Shown here piece after piece: positions 28,044-35,919 of a DNA stretch of 36,056 nt. Source of the DNA: an uncultured bacterium (GTDB lineage: Bacteria > Armatimonadota > Abditibacteriia > Abditibacteriales > Abditibacteriaceae); assembly GCA_963843795.1 (NCBI GenBank), contig CAWJLW010000005.1, forward strand, positions 62,001 through 98,056, given 5' to 3'. Under the pieces are notes generated by a model. That model did no database searches. It saw only the letters and a list, made by a program, of their open reading frames with translations, and was not told the origin of the DNA. A program made the translations under genes and the position numbers. Every line of letters starts with the position of its first letter. The stretch's first letter is position 1.

Positions 28044-31000
28044 ATGATGTCGAAATTTAACCGCCAAGCCACATTCAACGCCGCGATGCTGACGTTTTTT
28101 ATCGCGCTGGTCTCGCACGCCTTCGCATTGGGAGCACCACCCCGACTGCAAACCCAGAGCGCCCATTTCTCCGCCGTGCGCGCCCTCGCTTTTTCGCCAA
28201 GCGCTTCGCTCATTGCCAGCGGCAGCGACGATCAAACCATCAAATTATGGGATGCACGCACGGGAAAAGCGTGCGGCACTATCGTCGCGGGCCAAAGCGC
28301 GGTTTCATCATTGGCGTTTGGCGGGGATGAAATTCTGGCCAGCGGCAGCGACGATAAAACCGTGAAAATCTGGGACGTAAAGCGCGGCATTCGTGTGCGC
28401 ACTTTGACTGGCCACATCGCCCGTATCGAAGCCGTGGCGTTCAGTCCGAACGGAAAATTACTCGCCAGCGCCAGCGATGACAAAACCGTGAAAATTTGGG
28501 ATGCCAATCGCGGCATTCTTGTGCGCACTTTGACTGGCCATGCGGCAGCCGTGAATGCAATTGCGTTTTCTCCCGATGGCAAAACTTTGGTCAGCGGAGC
28601 CGCCGATAAAAGCGTAAAAATTTGGGATGTGAGTAATCTCAGCAAAGCGAAATCGTTGCGCACTTTGAGCGGCCACGAAAGCTGGGTGACTTCGGTCGCG
28701 TTCAGCCCGAACGGGAAAATTATCGCCAGCGCGGGCTGGGATCAAACCGTGAAATTGTGGGACGCGAGCAGCGGCCACTTACTGAATACGCTACGCCCTG
28801 CTTCCGGCTGGGTTAACGCGCTCGCCTTCAACACCGATGGTTCATTTTTGGTGGCAGGAGCGGATAAAATTGCCGCGATTTGGAGCGTGGCGGACGGCAA
28901 ATTAAACCGCAAAATTGCCATGAAAGATCGCGTTAATGCTGTCGCTTTCGTAAGCGCGGACGTTCTGGTCGCTGCCGTCGATAACAGCGCCGCATTCTTC
29001 AACGCGCGCAACGGCCAAATGCTGACGGCTTTGAAAGGCTATTCCGGTCGCGAAGATCGCGCGACCTTGGCGCATTTGTGGAACGCGCAGGGCGCGAGCA
29101 GCCAAATGGCGATTGAATGCTATCAAAAAGCCTGCAATTTAGCACCGAAAAATTCGCTTTACGCAACCAATCTCGCCGCAGCCTACGCGCAGAAAACACG
29201 TTTTGCCGCCGCGCAAGAATTGCTGAATCGACGTTTGCAAGTACTTGCAGCGCCTGATGAGCGAAACATTTTGCAAACCGCGCTCGCCGATGTGGAATTT
29301 CAATGGGCGCAACATCTCGCACAAAACAACAAACCTGCGGCCGCCATCGCGCATTATCGCGCCGCTTTACAATTCGACACTAAAGCGCGCCCTCCTAATG
29401 CCGCGTTGGGCTGGTATCGTTTGGGCAGCGCGCAAGACGCGCTTAATCACAGCACCGACGCCGCGCAAAGCTATCAAAAAGCGCGCGCCTTGTTTCGCCA
29501 AAGCGGCGATGCCGTCAGTGAAGCGGTCACGCTCAACGCTCTGGGTTTGGCGCTGCAAGCGCAAAGCGAGTTCGAGCGCGCCGACAATGCGTTTCAGCAA
29601 GCCCTCAAAATCAGTCGCGATGCGGACGACAAAGCTACGCAAGGCGCGGCCTTAAGCAATTTAGCGATGACACAACACGCCCGCGGACGCTACGATGCTG
29701 CTGTCGCTAATCTCGACCGTGCACTGAAAATTAAGCGCGAATTGGGCGATGAAGCCGGTGAAGGCACCGTTTTGAATAACTTGGGTTTGGTGAACCAATC
29801 TCTCACTAATTACTCTCAGGCCATCGACTTTTACACAAGCGCCTTGGCGATTCATCAGAAATTGAATAATCAAGCGCAAATCGCCGATACGCTGAATAAC
29901 ATCGGCGCCAATTATGATTATCTGGGCTTGTATCAAAAAGCCATCGCCGAATACGATCTGGCTTTGAAAATTTATCGCCAGAAAGCCAATCAGCGCAAAA
30001 TTGCCAATACTCTGGGCAATATTGGCCACGCCTATTTTTATCTTAAACAGCCAGAAAAAGCGATTTCGTTTTACGACCAATCTCTGGCCACGCAGCGCGC
30101 CTTGAAAGACCGCGCGGGCATGGGCGTGACTTTGAGTAATTTGGCGCTGGCCTACAACGCGTTGGAGCAATACACCAAAGCCACGACTTACGCGCAGGAC
30201 ACGCTGACTCTCACGCGCGCCATCGACGACCGCGAAGGCGAAGGTTTGGCGTTCAACACGTTGGGATTGATTGACTATTCGAGCGGGAATTATCCAGCTT
30301 CGGCGCGACAATTTGAGCGTGCACTGCCGATTTTGCAGGCGGTGAAAGCGCGCGCGCTGCAAGCCAAAACGCTGCGCAATTTGATGGTAGCGTGGCGTGA
30401 AATGAAAAAGCCAACTTTGGCAATTTTCTACGGCAAACAGGCCGTCAATCTCAATCAGGCGATGCGCGCCGATATTCAAAGTTTGGATAAGGAAACGCAG
30501 AAAAGTTTTCTGGCCGCGCGGCAGAATACTTATCGCGAACTGGCCGATATTTTAATCGGACAAGGTCGTTTGCCCGAAGCACAGCAAGTGTTGGACATGC
30601 TCAAAGAAGAAGAATATTTCAACTTTGTGCATCGTGATGGAGCGGCGACCGAAGGTTTGGACAAACGCGCCGAACTTTCGCCCACAGAAGCCGATTGGGA
30701 AAAGCGGTATAAAGAAATCAGCGACCGCGTAACGGGGATTGGCGTCGAGCGCGGCGAACTGTTGCTTAAAGATTCGCGCACGCCCGAAGAAGAAAAAAAG
30801 TTGGCCAAGTTAGAAGAAGATTTGACAATTGCAGGCAAAGCGTTTCAGAGCTTTTTGGATAAAATGGCCGAAGAAGCCGCCAGTTCGCCCGAAGCCAGTG
30901 ATCAAGTTACCAAAATCCGCGACGCGCAAGGGTTGATGGAAGATTTGCGCGAACTGGGACATGGCGCGGTCGCCCTATATACGCTGGTTGGCGAAACCAA

Positions 31001-32126
31001 ATATCGCATCATTCTCATTACACCCGATGCGCAGGTCGCGGCGGAATATCCGATCACCGCAGCCGAACTCAATCGCAAAGTTTTATCATTTCGTCAGGTG
31101 TTGCAAAATCCCGATCTTGACCCGTTGCCCCTGGCGCAGGAGCTTTACAAAATTCTGCTCGGCCCGATTGCGCCCTTATTGAAAAACGCCAACGCCGAAA
31201 CGCTGATGTGGTGTTTGGACGGCGTGCTGCGCTATGTGCCGATGGACGCGTTAAATGACGGCCAGAAGTACTTGGTGGAGAATTTTCGCAATACGGTTTT
31301 CACGCCGTGCAGTCAGGCGCGCTTGAAAGACGAGCCGAAAAACAAATGGAAAGCGCTGGGCTTGGGTGTTTCCAAAGCGCAGGAAGGTTTCAACCCGCTG
31401 CCGGGCGTCACCGAAGAATTGCACGGCATCATCATTTCCGCCGCCGATACCGCCGCCGCGCCAGCCACAACAACGCCGGTGGCAGCGACGGCAGAAGAAC
31501 TGAAAGGCGTGATACCGGGTCAAGTCAAGTTGGACGAAGCGTTCACTGTCGATGCGATGAAAGCCGCATTGCGACAGCGTTATCCCGTAGTTCACGTCGC
31601 CAGTCATTTTAATTTTAAGCCCGGCAACGAATCCGATTCGTTTCTGCTGCTGGGCGATGGCAGCCACTTATCGCTCGAAGAAATCAAGAACCTGCCCAAC
31701 GTGTTCGCCGGTGTCGATTTGTTGACGCTTTCAGCGTGCGATACGGCGACTGGCGGCGTGGGCGCCGATGGCAAAGAAGTCGAAGGTTTCGGCGTATTGG
31801 CACAGCGCCAGGGCGCGAAATCGGTGCTGGCGAGTTTGTGGCCGGTCGCCGATGAAAGCACCAAATTGTTGATGCCGGAATTTTATCGTCTGCGCGAAAC
31901 CGAAGATGGCATCTTGAAAGCCGAAGCGTTGCGTCAAGCGCAATTGCTATTGCTGACCGGCAAAGTTAAAGGCAGCGGTTCAGTCGAACGCCGCGGTTCG
32001 CGTCTGGCCAATGAAGACAGCGCAGCGATGGCGGCGGGCGCGAAAAGTTTCACGGTCGATCCGACCAAACCGTTCGCCCATCCGCATTACTGGGCGCCGT
32101 TTATTTTGATTGGGAACTGGTTGTAA
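28044..32126 (+). CDS. Secreted WD40-TPR-CHAT domain protease
   Basis: Signal-like MMSKF...FFIALVSHAFA. About 7 WD40 repeats (LTGH...AVAFSPNG..LASAS.DKTVKIWD), many TPRs (LNNLG/LSNLA), CHAT dyad VHVASHF and LLTLSACDT, ASLWPVAD, and HPHYWAPFILIGNWL. Start moved from 27915, which overlaps the upstream gene, to ATG 28044. Confidence 0.9.
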   Translation: MMSKFNRQATFNAAMLTFFIALVSHAFALGAPPRLQTQSAHFSAVRALAFSPSASLIASGSDDQTIKLWDARTGKACGTIVAGQSAVSSLAFGGDEILASGSDDKTVKIWDVKRGIRVRTLTGHIARIEAVAFSPNGKLLASASDDKTVKIWDANRGILVRTLTGHAAAVNAIAFSPDGKTLVSGAADKSVKIWDVSNLSKAKSLRTLSGHESWVTSVAFSPNGKIIASAGWDQTVKLWDASSGHLLNTLRPASGWVNALAFNTDGSFLVAGADKIAAIWSVADGKLNRKIAMKDRVNAVAFVSADVLVAAVDNSAAFFNARNGQMLTALKGYSGREDRATLAHLWNAQGASSQMAIECYQKACNLAPKNSLYATNLAAAYAQKTRFAAAQELLNRRLQVLAAPDERNILQTALADVEFQWAQHLAQNNKPAAAIAHYRAALQFDTKARPPNAALGWYRLGSAQDALNHSTDAAQSYQKARALFRQSGDAVSEAVTLNALGLALQAQSEFERADNAFQQALKISRDADDKATQGAALSNLAMTQHARGRYDAAVANLDRALKIKRELGDEAGEGTVLNNLGLVNQSLTNYSQAIDFYTSALAIHQKLNNQAQIADTLNNIGANYDYLGLYQKAIAEYDLALKIYRQKANQRKIANTLGNIGHAYFYLKQPEKAISFYDQSLATQRALKDRAGMGVTLSNLALAYNALEQYTKATTYAQDTLTLTRAIDDREGEGLAFNTLGLIDYSSGNYPASARQFERALPILQAVKARALQAKTLRNLMVAWREMKKPTLAIFYGKQAVNLNQAMRADIQSLDKETQKSFLAARQNTYRELADILIGQGRLPEAQQVLDMLKEEEYFNFVHRDGAATEGLDKRAELSPTEADWEKRYKEISDRVTGIGVERGELLLKDSRTPEEEKKLAKLEEDLTIAGKAFQSFLDKMAEEAASSPEASDQVTKIRDAQGLMEDLRELGHGAVALYTLVGETKYRIILITPDAQVAAEYPITAAELNRKVLSFRQVLQNPDLDPLPLAQELYKILLGPIAPLLKNANAETLMWCLDGVLRYVPMDALNDGQKYLVENFRNTVFTPCSQARLKDEPKNKWKALGLGVSKAQEGFNPLPGVTEELHGIIISAADTAAAPATTTPVAATAEELKGVIPGQVKLDEAFTVDAMKAALRQRYPVVHVASHFNFKPGNESDSFLLLGDGSHLSLEEIKNLPNVFAGVDLLTLSACDTATGGVGADGKEVEGFGVLAQRQGAKSVLASLWPVADESTKLLMPEFYRLRETEDGILKAEALRQAQLLLLTGKVKGSGSVERRGSRLANEDSAAMAAGAKSFTVDPTKPFAHPHYWAPFILIGNWL

Positions 32127-32131
32127 GAGGC

Positions 32132-32149
32132 GCTGCAAGTACTTGCAGC
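32132..32149. repeat. 18-bp perfect palindrome GCTGCAAGTACTTGCAGC just after the CHAT stop codon
   Basis: Read directly; starts 5 nt after the TAA ending at 32126. Confidence 0.92.
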
Positions 32150-32177
32150 CTGAAATATCGAGAAATTGGGAGACAAT

Positions 32178-35100
32178 GTGAAACATTGCAAGCCACAACC
32201 AAACCATTTGTGTCTATTTTTGCTGATCGCGATTTTCGTTTCCTGCCACGCTGCGGCACACGCCGCACCGCGTTCGGTCGCAACCGTGCAAACCGCCAGC
32301 GCGCCTTTGCAAGTACAGCGAAGTGGCAGCGCGGCCTCCGCCGCTCTGGCGCAAAGCGATCCGTTATTCACCGGCGATGTGGTCAACACAGGCGGGGTCA
32401 AAGCCACATTGTTGTTCGATGGCGGTTCGCAATTGCGACTCAATACGGGCACGATTCTCGAATTGACGCCTCCGCAGAATGTGGGCGGCAAAACCACGCT
32501 GTTTCGCTTGATTCGCGGCGAAGTTTTCGCGCAACTGCGGCCCGGTCTGGCCGCAACTACCAACAGCGCGACGGCAGCAGTGCGCGGCACGGTTTTCGAC
32601 CTTCGAGTCGATGAAAATGATGTCAGCACCTTAGTCGTTGTCGAAGGCAGCGTCGAATTTTTCAACCCGTTCGGCAATGTTGCGGTTGGACAAGCGCAGC
32701 AAAGCGTGGCGCGTCCCGGACAGGCTCCGACGGCTCCTGTTACTGTTGGCAACGCCGGTTTGATTATCGAATGGACACTCGATCTCAACCGCGCCGCCGT
32801 GCCGCGCGAGAAGTACTTCATCACGCTAAATCGAGGCACTTTAGCCGGTGAACTAAACCGCCGCGCGCAGCAAGTCGCCGCTGCGCCCAACAGCGCCGAT
32901 GCGCACCGCGATTACGGCGACGCGCTTTTTGATAACGGCCAATTCAACGAAGCCTTGACGCAATATCAGGAAGCTGAACGAGTCGCGCCCAATCAAGCCG
33001 AAACTTTGGTGCGCAGTGGCGATGCTTTGCTGGAACTCAATCAAATCGATGCCGCACAGGTGCGCTATCGCGCGGCGCTGGAAGTCGCGCCCAACTCGCG
33101 CGCGGCGATGGTTGGTCTGGCCTGGGCCGCGTTGCGCCATGATTTTCCTGATCAAGCGCAGACTTTCGCCGAACAAGCCATCGCCTTGCCCAACAACGAA
33201 GCTGCGCCAAATCTGGCGGCCCAAGTGGTGCTGGGTTTAGCGCAGCTTCGTCAAGTCGGCAAGACGGACGAAGCGATCAAAACTTTTCAGGCCGCAGTGG
33301 AGAATCCGCCCGCCGACGCCGTGCAAAATCCTTATCTTTATCAAGCGCGTTCGTGGCTGGCGATGGCAAACTTGGCGCAAAACGACCAGGTTGGGGCGCT
33401 GCGCGAAGGCGAAGCGGCGGCTCAGGCCGCACCCAATTCCGCGCTCGCGCACGGCAATTTGGCTTTAATTTATTTCTTCAACAATCGCCCTTCTGAAGCC
33501 GTGCGCGAAGCGCGATTGGCGACAACGCTCAACCCACAATCCGTTGCGGCACAAGTCGCTTTGGGACAAGCGCTTTTAGCGCAAGACGATGCCGATGGCG
33601 CGTCGCGCAGTGCGGCGCAAGCGGTCGCGCTCGATCCGAAATCGGTTCAAGCCCGTTATTTATTAGGTGTGGCCGACGCATCGCGGCGCGATTACGAACA
33701 CGCATCACGCGAGTTGAATGCGGCTTTGCAACTCGCGCCGGAATTTCTGCCCGCCGCCAGCACCTTAGCGCGCGTTTACACGCGCATGGGCCGCAACGAC
33801 GAGGCCATACAATTGCTAGAAAATTTGCTTCCGGACGCGAAGAACAGCGACGCAATTTTGGCTGCGCTGGGCGAAACCTATTACGAGCAGGGCAAGTACC
33901 TGCAGGCCATCGAAAACTACCAGAAAGCGCGCACGCAAAATCCTGGCAGCGCGCTGTATGCGGGCGGACTGGCGCGCGTGCAGTTGGATGCCAATCGCTT
34001 GAGCGATGCGATTCATTCGGCGCAAGACGCGGTACGTTTGGCGCCGACAGTCGGGCAATATCACGCAATTTTGGGTTTGGCTTACGACTTTAGCAACGTC
34101 AGCTCACAATCTGAACGCGAATATCGCACGGCCATCGCCTACGATCCGCAAAACGCTCTGGCGCGCGCAAGAATCGCCTTGCGCGCCAATGATCCGGGCG
34201 CGACGATCGATACTTTCACACAAGCCTTTTTGTATGATCCCGCCGTCTCAACGCAACTGCTGCGTGGCGGCATTAGTACAGAACTCGGCGGAAATCTAGG
34301 CACCGATAGCACGCGTGGCGTCAATGCATTGCACCGCGATATTTTCGCCGGTGGCAAAGGTCACGGCATCGCCGGCTTGGGTATTGCGCGCGACGGTGGC
34401 AACCCCGATGTGCCCAATGGCGATAGTTCCGGCTCGACCTTTCGAGGCGACTTGACTTTCGTTCCCAGCCCGCCGACTACCATTTATGCCAACGTCATCC
34501 GCGCGCGCTCGAAACAAGGCTTGTCCGGCTTCGATTCACCATTTGGCTTTGATTCGTCCTCTGATACATCCTTTGGCTTTAATCAGATATTATTGGCGGG
34601 CAAGCGCCGTTTGGGTCGCGGTAATTCGCTGTGGCTGGGTCTGACTTATCAAACGCTGCGCAATGATCTCAGTCGCTCGACAAATCCGACGTTTCTGCCT
34701 TTCCCGTTGCCTTTTGGCACACCGTTTCCGTATGCCGGACAGAATTTCGATAACAGCGCGCTCATTCCCGAAGTGCGCGCCGATTTCGCCCTCAACCGCG
34801 AACCAGCGCGCGCCGCAACGTTCACGCTGGGCCTAGCGCGCGCCAGCCTGAATCCCGATTTAGTCACCAGCGAACGCGCTTTGGCAGACGTGAACGGCGG
34901 GCCAACGACTTCTTTGCCGCCCTTGTTTTCCAACGGCGACCAGACTTTTTCAGTTGCATATGCCCAACTCACGCAGCGCGTCAATGAAAAGTTTTCGTTC
35001 GTGGCTCAACTGCGTGCCCAGCGCGACAAAGTCACGACGCGCACCTTAGGGAATGCGGGCGCGCAAACCGTTGTCACCACCAGCAGCGAATCGCATTTGC

Positions 35101-35873
35101 TACCCGGCATTGTGGCATCGTATCAGGCCGACAAGCGTACCACGCTGCGCTTTTTACTCAATAGCAACGCCGGCACCACTAACCTCGCCCTCGCGCCCAC
35201 CGAAACGCGGCTCACATTGGAGCCGGGCATTTTATCGCGTGGCGTTCCGCGCCAATCGCGCATCTTTGAACTGGACGCTGAACATCGCTTCGACAACAAC
35301 AGTTTCCTGAAACTCTTTTTGTTCCACGCAACCGCCGACGATGTCGCCTTTGGCGCCGACGCACCGGTTTACGCCTTTCGCATCACGCCGCCCTTGTTCG
35401 CCGACCGCGTAACGCAAACCGGCGTCGGCCTGCGCTACGAACAACCGCTGGGTCGCCATTTATACGGACAGGCCAGCCTGCTGCTCAATCGCACCAATAG
35501 CCGCGCGACGGGACAGGCTTTTGATAATGCCCGCGCGCCTTACTATCCCAATTCGCTGGCTTCGGTCGGCCTCAATTACATCGATCCCAGCGGCAATAAA
35601 GCGACAATTTTGGCCAACAATTTCGGCTCGATTTTCGCCGACCGGCCGAATTTCTTCGGCATTCCCCCCGCCACTTCGCGTCCACTCTTCGGCTCGCACA
35701 CTTATTTCAGCGTTCTGTTGTCGCGCGAACCGACCGTGCATAATGAATTCACTGTTGGCGTCACCAACATCTTCAACGCGCCAGCGATTACCTTCAACAG
35801 CGTGCCAGTTATCAGCGATAATTTCGGCACCGGACGCCGCCGCTTTTTCGCCAGCTATACGCACCGCTTTTGA
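32178..35873 (+). CDS. FecR domain - TPR - outer-membrane beta-barrel (TonB-dependent-receptor-like) fusion
   Basis: Signal peptide (AHA-A). FecR pattern L.TGD.V.T...ATLLFD.GSQLRL...LIRGEV...AAVRGTVF...VVEGSVE. About 12 TPRs. The C-terminal ~540 aa has alternating amphipathic strands and ends GV.NIFN....GRRRFFASYTHRF (terminal Phe OMP signature). GTG 32178 follows GGGAGA. Confidence 0.85.
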   Translation: MKHCKPQPNHLCLFLLIAIFVSCHAAAHAAPRSVATVQTASAPLQVQRSGSAASAALAQSDPLFTGDVVNTGGVKATLLFDGGSQLRLNTGTILELTPPQNVGGKTTLFRLIRGEVFAQLRPGLAATTNSATAAVRGTVFDLRVDENDVSTLVVVEGSVEFFNPFGNVAVGQAQQSVARPGQAPTAPVTVGNAGLIIEWTLDLNRAAVPREKYFITLNRGTLAGELNRRAQQVAAAPNSADAHRDYGDALFDNGQFNEALTQYQEAERVAPNQAETLVRSGDALLELNQIDAAQVRYRAALEVAPNSRAAMVGLAWAALRHDFPDQAQTFAEQAIALPNNEAAPNLAAQVVLGLAQLRQVGKTDEAIKTFQAAVENPPADAVQNPYLYQARSWLAMANLAQNDQVGALREGEAAAQAAPNSALAHGNLALIYFFNNRPSEAVREARLATTLNPQSVAAQVALGQALLAQDDADGASRSAAQAVALDPKSVQARYLLGVADASRRDYEHASRELNAALQLAPEFLPAASTLARVYTRMGRNDEAIQLLENLLPDAKNSDAILAALGETYYEQGKYLQAIENYQKARTQNPGSALYAGGLARVQLDANRLSDAIHSAQDAVRLAPTVGQYHAILGLAYDFSNVSSQSEREYRTAIAYDPQNALARARIALRANDPGATIDTFTQAFLYDPAVSTQLLRGGISTELGGNLGTDSTRGVNALHRDIFAGGKGHGIAGLGIARDGGNPDVPNGDSSGSTFRGDLTFVPSPPTTIYANVIRARSKQGLSGFDSPFGFDSSSDTSFGFNQILLAGKRRLGRGNSLWLGLTYQTLRNDLSRSTNPTFLPFPLPFGTPFPYAGQNFDNSALIPEVRADFALNREPARAATFTLGLARASLNPDLVTSERALADVNGGPTTSLPPLFSNGDQTFSVAYAQLTQRVNEKFSFVAQLRAQRDKVTTRTLGNAGAQTVVTTSSESHLLPGIVASYQADKRTTLRFLLNSNAGTTNLALAPTETRLTLEPGILSRGVPRQSRIFELDAEHRFDNNSFLKLFLFHATADDVAFGADAPVYAFRITPPLFADRVTQTGVGLRYEQPLGRHLYGQASLLLNRTNSRATGQAFDNARAPYYPNSLASVGLNYIDPSGNKATILANNFGSIFADRPNFFGIPPATSRPLFGSHTYFSVLLSREPTVHNEFTVGVTNIFNAPAITFNSVPVISDNFGTGRRRFFASYTHRF

Positions 35874-35919
35874 AAATTGGCAATCCATTTTCTCAAGACC
35901 AACAGTTGTCAGACCAAAT

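Noticed and set aside
31440..31500. Ala/Thr/Pro low-complexity insert in CHAT2 (AADTAAAPATTTPVAATAEE)
   Set aside because: A plain flexible linker in a variable loop, with no intein or repeat signature.
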